DNA of 32,000 nt from Acaryochloris marina MBIC11017 (GCF_000018105.1 NC_009925.1:5490001-5522000); one strand, 5' to 3'. Shown: positions 17,839-26,610, numbered from the stretch's first letter. Numbers and translations: made by a program. Notes: a model not told the origin generated them from the letters alone.

Positions 17839-18814
17839 TTGGGGATGGCTCATAATCGATTGCTGGTGTCTTTGAATGGAGACAGGCTACAGTTATCGTG
17901 GCAACGGGGACAGGAATATCCTCGGCAGGCCCCCGAAGTAGATTTTAACCATCCGTTTGAGCCCAAGGTACTTGCAGATTTACGCTGGTATCTAGAGGAA
18001 TATTTGAGCTTTCCCTACGGATTAAACCCAGACAAAGCGATAGCCATTGAACAAAAGTTCCAGGGCTGGGGACAAACTTTATTTGAGCTAATTTTCCAAA
18101 GCACTGATGAAGGCCGAGAATTTTTTCAAGAGGCAACACGGTCAGGCTTAGATACTTGCGAACTGGGGATCTCTTCGGACAATCCTCAAGTGTTGAACTT
18201 GCCTTGGGAATTGTTATATTCCCCCAAAGATTTATTTCTAGCCCCCAAGCTGTCCGGGATGTACCGAACCCTAAGCCATCAACGGGTGCGGGCGGAAACG
18301 CCTGAATTGCCAAGGGATCAGCTCAATATCTTACTTGTGATTGCTCGTCCCTATGAACAGGATATCGGGTTCCAAACGATTGCCCGTCCCATGTTGGAAG
18401 CGTTACGCCCGTTGCAGAAGTTTGTGAATCTGAAGGTGTTACGTCCCCCTAGTTTTACCGAGTTTGAAAGAGAGCTAAACACTCATCGACAGGGGTTTTA
18501 TCACATCGTCCATTTTGATAGGCATGGCTCCTTTAATCCCAATGCTGGGCGGCAATTTAATCTGATGGATGCTTCTGGCCAAGGGGAGTTGGTGTTTGAA
18601 ACCTTAAAGGGCGAAGCAGAGGTGGTCAGTGCAGACCGCATTGCCCAAAGTTTGACAGACTGCCGAGTCCCTGTGTTTGTTCTCAACGCTTGTAAGTCGG
18701 CCCAAGAGGGAGAAGAAGAGTTTTCTTCGGTGGCAACCCGGTTTATTTTCGCTGGGGCCAAGGGGGTCGTGGCTATGGCCTATAGCATCCATGCCGAAGC
18801 GGCTAAACATTTTA
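17839..18814 (+). pseudogene. CHAT (caspase-fold) protease domain; 5' fragment of a CHAT-NB-ARC-TPR gene cut by an IS insertion
   Basis: CHAT dyad contexts are HIVHFDRHG (His229) and VFVLNACKSAQ (Cys285). The reading frame runs into the ISL3 inverted repeat at 18815 and stops after 5 foreign codons. The first ATG is at 17845; the track uses the TTG at 17839. Confidence 0.8.
18807..18814. repeat. Left target-site duplication of the ISL3 element (ACATTTTA)
   Basis: Identical 8-mer at 21111-21118, immediately outside the two inverted repeats. Confidence 0.85.
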
Positions 18815-18868
18815 GGCTCTCCGGGAATTAGCGTGGTAGCCGCTAGATATAGTGTTTAGGTCACAGCG

Positions 18869-18876
18869 AATGTCTG
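18869..18876. repeat. Left target-site duplication of the nested IS1-family element (AATGTCTG)
   Basis: Identical 8-mer at 19780-19787, flanking the IS1-type inverted repeats. Confidence 0.8.
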
Positions 18877-18885
18877 GATTGTGCA

Positions 18886-19386
18886 TCAACAAAGTGTGGG
18901 ATAGGAAGCTAAGTCTTGCCATCTCCAAGGACGCTCCGTCAATCCAGCTCGTTGGGCAGCCGTGTTCTTGAATCGAGAGTGGCACCAAATCCAGTTGAAA
19001 TAGCTCAGCACCAATCTTAAAGTCATCGCACTCTGTTGCCAGACTTTGCCAAATTTATTCTGTCGTCGATGCCAACGCCCGGTCTGCTGACGCACGATGC
19101 CATTGGTCCGCTCTAAGCGTTGGGTCAGGGCTTTACTCACTTCATGGACGACCTCATCGGGTAATTGTCGTGCGTACCCTTCCCAACCATCCGTTTGCCA
19201 ATGATGACAGGCGGTTTTGCCCTCAGTATTTTCAATCAATTCTTGAGCTAGCTCGTCGGTATGTTTGCCAATACGGCCACTGAGCACGAGACCACTCTCT
19301 TTCGCAAGACTCAATGCTATCCAGCAGTCGCCTACCCTCAACTCCTTCGGCTCACAGTGCTTTTGCTTTTTTTGACAAAGGACCAC
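18886..19386 (-). CDS. IS1-family transposase orfB (DDE part, normally made as an orfAB frameshift fusion)
   Basis: 166-aa ORF overlapping orfA. A -1 shift at the A7 run gives ...DELWSFVKKKQKHCEPKELRVGDCWIALS..., the layout typical of IS1 InsAB'. Confidence 0.75.
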   Translation of the reverse strand: MVLCQKKQKHCEPKELRVGDCWIALSLAKESGLVLSGRIGKHTDELAQELIENTEGKTACHHWQTDGWEGYARQLPDEVVHEVSKALTQRLERTNGIVRQQTGRWHRRQNKFGKVWQQSAMTLRLVLSYFNWIWCHSRFKNTAAQRAGLTERPWRWQDLASYPTLC

Positions 19387-19715
19387 AACTCATCTGCATT
19401 AATGACGTCGGTCGCAACGGCCTGAACTTCCCCATTGTGAATCATTTGGGATTTATGACTCGCTGAACGAACCACACTCACACAAGTGTTATACGCTACA
19501 CCCGTGATGCGAGAGAGTCCTCGTAGACTACTCCCTTCAACATGAGCTTGAAGGATGGTCTGGATCGTTTCAGGAGAGATCTGACGGCGATAACACAGGG
19601 TGTCAAAGGTCTCACTAAAGGTCTGTTGACAGTGGGGGCAACGGTAACGTTGACTGCCTTTGCTGGTCTTGCCATGTTTGTGGGTTTTAGGATGACCACA
19701 TAGAGGACATTGCAT
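19338..19715 (-). CDS. IS1-family transposase orfA (zinc finger + HTH)
   Basis: MQCPLCGHPKTHKHGKTSKGSQRYRCPHCQQTF... followed by an HTH-like segment (LRGLSRITGVAYNTCVSVV). The ATG at 19715 is preferred over the track start at 19730. Confidence 0.75.
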   Translation of the reverse strand: MQCPLCGHPKTHKHGKTSKGSQRYRCPHCQQTFSETFDTLCYRRQISPETIQTILQAHVEGSSLRGLSRITGVAYNTCVSVVRSASHKSQMIHNGEVQAVATDVINADELWSFVKKSKSTVSRRS

Positions 19716-19739
19716 GAGGAAATAAAACAACTCGACTCC

Positions 19740-21011
19740 CTATCGGTTTAACAAACCCACACTTCTTTGATGCACGACCAATGTCTGATACCCATTGAGG
19801 TCAAGAGAAATCCTTTGGAAGAGTCTTTCAATATCGAAAATACCGTAGCATCGTCTTTTTAAGACTTTGACTCGGTTATTAAATCCTTCCACAAAACCAC
19901 TGGTCCACCCCTCCAGGAAATAGTTGGTCATCTCGTCCATCCAATTATTGATAGTGGTCAGAAAACAATCGAATTCCTTGATGTCACTCTTGAGTACTTG
20001 TTTACACCAAGCACGGATGGCACATTTAGCTCCGTGCTTGGTGTACCTGCCCTCAAATATCTGCGTGAGTTTCTCTCGGAGGTTGTACGCCTGTTTCAGT
20101 TGTGGAGAATAAGCAAACAATCGCTCAAGGAGTTGTTGCTCTGACTCTTTCAGATTCTCTGGTCGTTTTCTAAAAGGCCACATCGCGCCTTTGATGCTGT
20201 CATACTCTTGCTTAGAGAGCTCTCGTCGTAGACGTTTGACCTCACGTTTACGAACCGTATCAGCACAATTACGATAGGCTTTGGTCACATGAAAGCGGTC
20301 AATGACAATTTTGGCTTGCGGCAATTGTTCTCGGACTGCACTGACAAATCCTTGGTACATGTCCGTACAGACGCGCTCAATGGTTTGGCGTAAATCAATG
20401 GGAATCGATTGAAGGAAATTTGCCACTGTCTGCTGTTTACGGTCGGCTAGAACTGCCAATATATCCACCCCATCCGTCGTAGGAATCGTGATCAAAACCA
20501 CAAAATCACGATGGCCTCGTTTGAGAGAAATCTCATCCATCCCCATAACTTTGAGGTCTGCATATTCGCTCCAGTCAACTTGAGCGGCAATCCAACGATC
20601 AATGATTCCACTGACGATATCCTCACTAACGCCTAGTTTTCTGGCAACATCTGAGACCGTTGAATTGATCAAGATTCGCAGAAGCCAACGCTCATATGCT
20701 TTTGTATTGGGACTGCGAGGTTCGTGCCATTCTAAATGTTGAGTTGTTGTGGGATGGTCATCGCAATACTTGCATCGATAACGCTTGGGCCGAATTTCTA
20801 AGTAAACGGGGACTTCAAATAATGGCAGGTGACGAATCCGAAAAGGCTGATCATGACAATGGAGGTCAGTAATCTCACGTCCGCATTGATGACAGGTTGT
20901 TCCTTGAAGCGTACTCTCAATCTTGATGAGCCAATCCCCTCTCTCAGTCTTCGATAGCTCTAGAACTCGAATATCAGGAAGGTTGAGCGGGATGCGAATT
21001 GAGTTATCCAT
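19740..21011 (-). CDS. ISL3-family transposase (C-terminal codons replaced by read-through into the nested IS1 end)
   Basis: 423 aa with an N-terminal zinc finger (CHQCG...CKYCD) and a DDE_Tnp_ISL3-like core (MGMDEISLKRGHRDFVVLI..., CTDMYQGF..., GFVEGFNNRVKVLKRRCYG). The last 12 codons lie beyond the IS1 insertion point. Confidence 0.85.
   Translation of the reverse strand: MDNSIRIPLNLPDIRVLELSKTERGDWLIKIESTLQGTTCHQCGREITDLHCHDQPFRIRHLPLFEVPVYLEIRPKRYRCKYCDDHPTTTQHLEWHEPRSPNTKAYERWLLRILINSTVSDVARKLGVSEDIVSGIIDRWIAAQVDWSEYADLKVMGMDEISLKRGHRDFVVLITIPTTDGVDILAVLADRKQQTVANFLQSIPIDLRQTIERVCTDMYQGFVSAVREQLPQAKIVIDRFHVTKAYRNCADTVRKREVKRLRRELSKQEYDSIKGAMWPFRKRPENLKESEQQLLERLFAYSPQLKQAYNLREKLTQIFEGRYTKHGAKCAIRAWCKQVLKSDIKEFDCFLTTINNWMDEMTNYFLEGWTSGFVEGFNNRVKVLKRRCYGIFDIERLFQRISLDLNGYQTLVVHQRSVGLLNR
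19780..19787. repeat. Right target-site duplication of the nested IS1-family element (AATGTCTG)
   Basis: Matches 18869-18876. Confidence 0.8.
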
Positions 21012-21110
21012 TACGCCATTGCTCTGAAGTACTACCTCAGATCATTCCATAGGGATGAAAAAGGAAACACACTAAATGTAGGACTGCTACACGCTAATTC
21101 CCAGAGAGCC

Positions 21111-21118
21111 ACATTTTA
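21111..21118. repeat. Right target-site duplication of the ISL3 element (ACATTTTA)
   Basis: Matches 18807-18814. Confidence 0.85.
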
Positions 21119-23324
21119 TGGCCCGATTTTATGGTGAGTTAGTTGGAGGAGCCAACCTATCAACTGCCGTTGCAGCCGCTCGCATTTCTGTTTTAAACCA
21201 ACCCAAACGGCTAAGCCCACGTGGGCAACGAACCCTAAAAGATTGGTTAGTACCTGTGCTTTACCAACAGGAAGCCTATACACCCTTTACACCCCAAACC
21301 CCTACCCCTAGCTTTGCTGCCTTGATGGCCGCAGCGGAACAGGAGGAGGAACAGGTCGAAGCCCAGGTAACAAATTTACCCGAAGCGGGTACCTATGGAT
21401 TTGTGGGGCGCAGTGCCGAAATTCTGGTACTAGAACGAGCCTTTCGGCAAAACAATGTGGTGCTACTCAAAGGCATGGGTGGAGTCGGCAAAACTCAGTT
21501 GGCGTTAGGGTTTGGCCGCTGGCTAGCCGAAACCCAAGGCCGTGATGGTGGTATTTTCTTTACGTCCTTTGAACAGGGAGCAACGTTAAGCAATGTGGTC
21601 AATGAAATTGGGCGTCAGTTGGGAGGGGAACGCTTTGTCTCATTGATGGCAGACCAACAAGAACAAATCGTTCTGGAGTATCTAAACACTAACCCCTGTT
21701 TATTGATTTGGGATAATTTTGAGCCCGTCGCCGGATTTCCCGCCGGGAATCAGCCCCTGTTGACAGAGCCAGAGCGGCAGCGACTCCAGCAGTGGCTAAA
21801 GGCAATGCGAGGAGGAAAGTCTTGGGTGTTAATGACCAGTCGGCGGGATGAGCCTTGGCTGGATTGTGGCTATCGCTTAGTGCCTTTGGCTGGATTATCA
21901 AGGCCAAATCGCCGCTATCCGGGGTTATCGGACTCGGAAGCGTTGGCTACTCAGATTTTGCAAACGGTCAATGTAGAACTCAAAAACCTACCCCCAGAAT
22001 ACTTAGAGCTATTGAAACTACTGGGGGGCATCCGCTGTCTTTGCGAGTGGTGTTGCCTCATTTGCAACGCCAAACCCCAACAGCTTTGATCGAAGCACTG
22101 CGGCAAGGACTAAACACCTTTGTCGGAGCTGAAGAGGAAGGTCGAGAAAAGTCCCTAACGGTGTCATTAGACTACTCCTTTGAAGCGTTATCAGAACGGA
22201 CCCGCCAACATCTCCCTTTCTTGGCCCTGTTTTCGGAACGCGTCTTTGCAGATTGGCTGTATTTTTTTTCCCGTGACCCTGAGAGTGAATGGGGGCAGGT
22301 CTATCGAGAAGTATTTGGAGAAAATTTGCAGCAGGCAGATTGGATGGCTATTTTGCAGGAAGCCGCCGCAGCCAGCATCGTGGAGCCCTTAGGGGCTACG
22401 ATTTTTCAGATTCATCCAGCATTGCCTTGGTACTTACGGCAGCGTCTGAGTCAACAAGCTGTCAAGGCTGGTGTAGATGCAGCAGATGGAGGGATTGCAA
22501 ACCTAGAAAAAAAGTTGCTCAGTTTTTATGGCAGTTTAGCTACTCACTATGAACAACAGTTGATCAGCAATGCTGAAGAAGCAAGCTTCGTCCTACGAGT
22601 AGAGGAACCTAACTTGTTGCAGCAGTTACGATTAGCTGAGCAACAGGAGGATTGGGGCAATGCACAATACCTGTTACAGGCATTAGGAGAACTGTATAAG
22701 AGGATTGGGCGAAAGCCTGAGTTAAGAGCTTTATGTGAGCAAGGATTATTTCAAGTAGGCATTCGTTTATCAGAAGTACGTGATAAAGGTAGCGATGCAT
22801 CGGAGTTCTGGATGTATTTGCAAGGACGAAAAGCAAACGACGCTTTGGAAGCTGCAGATATTGATGGGGCACGTGAAATTCTTGAAGAACTCTTGGCTGA
22901 GTTGGAATTACTCCGTGATCCTAAGTTTGGTAGCAAAATAGCTGTTGCTCAACACCAATTAGGCAGGGTTGCCGAGAAACAACGCCGATTTGACGACGCG
23001 ATCGCACTCTACCAAAAAGCTCTCAAAATCTTTGAAGATGCCGGGGACCTATACAGCGCGGCCCGTGATTATTACCTATTAGGTAGGGTTGCTGAAGCCC
23101 AAGAAAATTACTCTGAGGCCCTGCAATATTATATTTTGACTCTTGCAATTGCTTTAGAACACAACCAAGATTTGATCCCATTGAGTCTTCAAGCTCTAGG
23201 GCAAATGTTGAAGCAATTTGGTACAGATAATTTTAAGTCTCGATGGAGAAAAATTACCCAAGCAGAATGCCCAGATGAATACTTCTCAGCCATTCAGACT
23301 GCAAGTCAACAAAGCGAGAATTAA
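21118..23324 (+). pseudogene. 3' part of the interrupted CHAT gene: NB-ARC-like P-loop NTPase plus TPR repeats, frameshifted at a G6 run
   Basis: Walker A GMGGVGKTQLA (nt 21472-21495) and Walker B-like CLLIWDNFE. Frame 1 reads ...EYLELLKLLGG and then goes out of frame at GGGGGG (22023-22028). Frame 3 continues with HPLSLRVVLPHL... (the STAND GxP motif) and TPR-like repeats to the stop at 23324. One extra base after the G6 run would join the two frames. Confidence 0.8.
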
Positions 23325-23376
23325 TCAGGCTTTCAATGTAACTTGATTCCCCCGAATCTCTAAATTCAAAATACCT

Positions 23377-23808
23377 ATGGACAATCAACTAACCACAACC
23401 GAACTCCAAGAAACTAGCCAGCTTCTTCAAAATTACGGACCTGCTCAAGAAGCCCTCAACACCCTCAAACAACATCAGGGCAATCTCGATGCGAGTTTTA
23501 ACGAATTATGGACCTCTGCCGTCGGTACCCCCGAAACCTTTGCCCGCGAAGGACAATCCCTCTGGCAAGCCACCCTTAGCGTCCTCCGCGATGAACTCTG
23601 CGGTGATGAAAGCTTTCGGTCCAAAATTTTGGACTACAACAAAAATCCAGGTAGTGCTTCCCTGTTAACGGGGGCCGTTATCACCTTAATCGAGCTAACC
23701 ACTCTCCCCCTTAACCCAGCCATGGCAACAATTGTTGTCCTTTATATTCTTAAAGTGGGCCTTAACATTTTTTGCAAATACACAGAACCCAGTTCTAGTG
23801 AGACATAA
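23377..23808 (+). CDS. Hypothetical small protein with a hydrophobic C-terminal segment
   Basis: 143 aa with an ATG 52 nt after the CHAT-STAND stop. The helical N-terminal two thirds are followed by LLTGAVITLIELTTLPLNPAMATIVVLYILKVGLNIF (1-2 predicted TM helices). No family recognised. Confidence 0.5.
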   Translation: MDNQLTTTELQETSQLLQNYGPAQEALNTLKQHQGNLDASFNELWTSAVGTPETFAREGQSLWQATLSVLRDELCGDESFRSKILDYNKNPGSASLLTGAVITLIELTTLPLNPAMATIVVLYILKVGLNIFCKYTEPSSSET

Positions 23809-23876
23809 TTGATGGCTCACTCTACCTATTCGCCAGCTACTCCAATACCTGAAAGCATTGAAAGCGTTTGCACTCG

Positions 23877-23911
23877 CCCCCTCAATCCCCCATTCTGGGG
23901 GACTTTGAGCC
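23877..23911. repeat. Small palindromic repeat unit A (TCCCCCA-TTC-TGGGGGA core)
   Basis: CCCCCTCAATCCCCCATTCTGGGGGACTTTGAGCC. The 7-bp arms are extended by imperfect CTCAA/CTTTGAG pairing. It closely matches the reverse complement of unit B. Confidence 0.7.
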
Positions 23912-23995
23912 TATATCTAGGCTGAGTATAGAAATTGAAATCCCTAGGGCTGCTGAGGTTTAACTCTATTGCAGGACTTGTGCGGGTTGATCAGG

Positions 23996-24028
23996 CAAGT
24001 CCCCCACTGGTGGGGGATTTAGGGGGCC
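23996..24028. repeat. Small palindromic repeat unit B (TCCCCCA-CTGG-TGGGGGA core), inverted relative to unit A
   Basis: CAAGTCCCCCACTGGTGGGGGATTTAGGGGGCC. Its reverse complement, ...CTAAATCCCCCACCAGTGGGGGACTTG, aligns with unit A (CTCAATCCCCCATTCTGGGGGACTTTG). Confidence 0.7.
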
Positions 24029-24109
24029 ATCAGTGGCATTAAGGCTGTGGGAGATAGAGGACAGAGCCGTATTCAACCATAATTTCCGGTGTTATTGAGT
24101 TCATTATCC

Positions 24110-24787
24110 CTAATTTAGAACTTGCCCCACAAAGTCCTGATGCTCAACGGTACCTAATCCTTGCTGCAACACCGCCAATACTTGTGCCATATCGCCAGCC
24201 AGCAAAGCTGTCCCATCCAGCCATAGCCCTGGAAATACCTGACTATGAAAGACGCCCTGCTTGTCTGTCCCTAGCGAGACATACTCATCTTCATTTAACA
24301 CAAACCAATCAAGCTGCGCTTCCAGCGTCCGCCACACAATATATTCCTGAACACCATTGCGTCGATACGCCCGCTTCTTATCATGCAAATCAATAGCAAC
24401 ACTGCTTGCTGCAATCTCAATCACTAGCTCCGGTGCCCCTTCAATATAGTCATCCTCCCCAATCCGGGCCTGTTGCCCCGGTACAAACAAAACAACATCG
24501 GGCTGCGGCTCATTATCAGGATCTAGACGAACGGTTGGTTCCACCCCCATCACTGTTCCTGGCGTTAAAGCTTTGTAGGTTCCTAACCAAGCAATGACAT
24601 CACCATGAGGTTCACCATGACTTTTAATTCTGAGAGGGGATGACATGTTGTAAACAACACCTTCAATAAGCTCTGCTTTTCGCAATTGCGGCATGGCCTG
24701 ATAGCGACGCTCAAACTCAGATCGAGATAGGCGGTCGCCATTCTCTAAAGGCGGAATAACCAGTCGTTGTTGAGGCGTTGACACCAT
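24110..24787 (-). CDS. Uma2-family (DUF820) putative endonuclease
   Basis: 225 aa with the family landmarks AELIEGVVYNMSSP, PQPDVVLFV, APELVIEIAASS..DLHDKKRAYRRNGVQEYIVW. Confidence 0.85.
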   Translation of the reverse strand: MVSTPQQRLVIPPLENGDRLSRSEFERRYQAMPQLRKAELIEGVVYNMSSPLRIKSHGEPHGDVIAWLGTYKALTPGTVMGVEPTVRLDPDNEPQPDVVLFVPGQQARIGEDDYIEGAPELVIEIAASSVAIDLHDKKRAYRRNGVQEYIVWRTLEAQLDWFVLNEDEYVSLGTDKQGVFHSQVFPGLWLDGTALLAGDMAQVLAVLQQGLGTVEHQDFVGQVLN

Positions 24788-24862
24788 CTTTTGGGGGTTG
24801 GGGAGAAAAGCTTGCTGTCTTCAGTTTAGCCTGGACAAAGACTTGGCAATTACCCTCGACGA

Positions 24863-26416
24863 TTATCCTTCATCTTCAGATTTCTCAGGTTTTAAGAGGG
24901 GGAAAGCAATCACATCGCGAATACTGGCCGCATCACTCAGCAGCATTGCTAAGCGATCTATACCAATGCCTAATCCGCCTGTGGGAGGCATGCCATATTC
25001 CAAGGCAGTGATGAAGTCCTCATCCACACCGTGCGCTTCCAAGTCGCCTGCTTCCTTACGGGCAGCTTGAGCCTCTAAGCGCTGACGCTGATCCACTGGA
25101 TCCGTCAATTCTGAGAAACTATTGGCGGTCTCTCGACCCACGATAAACAGTTCGAATCGTTCAACCAGTCCAGACTGCGACCGGTGGGGTTTCGCTAAGG
25201 GGGAAATCTCAACTGGATAGTCAAGAATAAAGGTGGGTTGAATTAGAGTCGCCTCTACCTTTTGCTCAAAGGCTTCGTTCAAAACATGCCCCACACTCTC
25301 ACAATCGTCTACCCCTGTGATGCCTGCCTTCGTTGCCGCTTTTTGGGCTGCTTCTACCGTCTCAAAAGTGGTGAAATCTAGCCCCGTTTTCTCTTGCACT
25401 GCATCATGCATAGTCACTCGTCGCCACGGAGAGGTGAGATCGATGGTTTCGCCTTGGTAAGGCACTTTCAAACTGCCCACAGAACGTTCTGCTGCAGTAC
25501 AGATCAACGCTTCCGTTAAATCCATCATGTCGTTGTAGTCGGCATAGGCTTGGTAAACTTCGATGGTCGTGAACTCTGGGTTGTGGCGGGTGGAAATCCC
25601 TTCGTTACGAAATACTCGTCCCAGTTCAAAGACTTTTTCAAAACCGCCAACAATTAGGCGCTTCAAATGCAGTTCCGTTGCGATCCGCAGATACAGATCC
25701 ATCTCCATTGTGTTGTGGTAAGTGATGAACGGACGGGCCTCTGCACCTCCTGCTTCGGAGTTCAAGACGGGGGTTTCAATTTCAATAAATCCCTGCTCGT
25801 CTAAATAGCGGCGAATACTGGCGGTGATCTGAGCCCGTCGTCGAAACGTCTCCCGTACAGATGGATTGACAATCAGATCTACATAGCGTTGGCGATATCG
25901 CTTGGCAATATCAGTCAAGCCATGCCATTTGTCAGGTAGGGGCAATAAGGACTTGGTGAGCACAGTGTAGGTCTGTACATAGACAGAGAGTTCACCTTTA
26001 TCGGTACGCTTAATAGTGCCTTGAACCCCGATGAAGTCCCCCACGTCAGTGAGCTGTTTGAGGTGGTTAAAGGCTTGCTCATCTTGCTCCCCCATCTGCT
26101 CTTGAATCCGCTTTTTTTCCAAGTAGAGCTGGATGGTTCCTGTTTCGTCCTGGAGGTTGAAGAAGGCCAGTTTACCGAAAACGCGGCGAGCGAGGATACG
26201 ACCTGCGATCGCAACCTCAAAATCCTCCTCTTCACCATTCGCCAGATCCACAAATTTCTCTTGTAGAGCCTGGGCAGTATGGGTAGACTGCCACCGATAG
26301 GCATAGGGGGTTAAGCCTGCTTGTTTGAGCTGCTCAACCTTTTGCAAACGAGTAGCTCTCACTTCTTCTAAAGTGGAGCCCTGGTTGGGTGACTCAGACG
26401 CCCGATCAGCAGCCAT
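24863..26416 (-). CDS. lysS: Lysine--tRNA ligase (class II)
   Basis: 517 aa. An OB-fold anticodon-binding N-domain ([29 protein letters not shown]) is followed by the class II core with [26 protein letters not shown] and [15 protein letters not shown]. Confidence 0.95.
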   Translation of the reverse strand: MAADRASESPNQGSTLEEVRATRLQKVEQLKQAGLTPYAYRWQSTHTAQALQEKFVDLANGEEEDFEVAIAGRILARRVFGKLAFFNLQDETGTIQLYLEKKRIQEQMGEQDEQAFNHLKQLTDVGDFIGVQGTIKRTDKGELSVYVQTYTVLTKSLLPLPDKWHGLTDIAKRYRQRYVDLIVNPSVRETFRRRAQITASIRRYLDEQGFIEIETPVLNSEAGGAEARPFITYHNTMEMDLYLRIATELHLKRLIVGGFEKVFELGRVFRNEGISTRHNPEFTTIEVYQAYADYNDMMDLTEALICTAAERSVGSLKVPYQGETIDLTSPWRRVTMHDAVQEKTGLDFTTFETVEAAQKAATKAGITGVDDCESVGHVLNEAFEQKVEATLIQPTFILDYPVEISPLAKPHRSQSGLVERFELFIVGRETANSFSELTDPVDQRQRLEAQAARKEAGDLEAHGVDEDFITALEYGMPPTGGLGIGIDRLAMLLSDAASIRDVIAFPLLKPEKSEDEG

Positions 26417-26610
26417 AGATAATCCTTAAATGAAAAACTTCAAACCAAGTTCTAGATCAAATCACAACTCATTCCACAGGAATGATTGCAATACCAGAGT
26501 TTCGATTATAGAGGAAGGATGACCTGCAACTTGACCAAATCAGGGGTAGACATTTGCCTCATAAGACTGCTGTCCCACGCTCAAATCATGGGGATGCTGG
26601 CTTCTAAATT

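Larger units (their letters stand above)
18877..19779 (-). mobile_element. IS1-family insertion sequence (903 bp) nested inside the ISL3 element
   Basis: The inverted repeats are GATTGTGCATCAACAAAGTGTGGG (18877-18900) and the reverse complement of 19756-19779, GGTCGTGCATCAAAGAAGTGTGGG (20/24 identical). Two overlapping ORFs (zinc-finger/HTH orfA, DDE orfB) share an A7 slippery run. 8-bp TSDs flank the element. Confidence 0.85.
18815..21110 (-). mobile_element. ISL3-family insertion sequence (2296 bp including a nested IS1-family element)
   Basis: The terminal inverted repeats are GGCTCTCCGGGAATTAGCGTGGTAGC (18815-18840) and the reverse complement of 21086-21110, GGCTCTCTGGGAATTAGCGTGTAGC (1 mismatch, 1 indel). 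8-bp TSDs flank the element. Removing it and one TSD copy restores the CHAT gene frame (...AAKHF-MARFYGEL...). Without the nested element and its TSD the length is 1385 bp. Confidence 0.9.

Noticed and set aside
17945-18859. ORFs 17945..18313 (-), 18501..18761 (-), 18604..18810 (-) and 18677..18859 (+)
   Set aside because: They are shadows within the CHAT fragment or read across the IS junction. No motifs.
21855-22022. First ~56 codons of track ORF 21855..23324, taken as a separate gene start
   Set aside because: This stretch (MAGLWLSLSAFGWII...) is out-of-frame read-through. Frame 1 carries the STAND-like sequence up to the G6 run, and only after 22028 does frame 3 become meaningful. I also considered programmed frameshifting and rejected it because there is no slippery heptamer context and the gene is already IS-disrupted.
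21689-22936. ORFs 21689..21907 (-), 22180..22392 (+), 22289..22552 (+), 22609..22872 (-) and 22751..22936 (-)
   Set aside because: They are alternative-frame or antisense shadows inside the NB-ARC/TPR pseudogene.
24184-25070. Plus-strand ORFs 24184..24396, 24406..24597, 24778..25011 and 24798..25070
   Set aside because: They are antisense to the well-supported Uma2 and lysS genes.
25915-26304. ORFs 25915..26304 (-) and 26021..26266 (+) within lysS
   Set aside because: They are alternative frames of an unambiguous lysS CDS.
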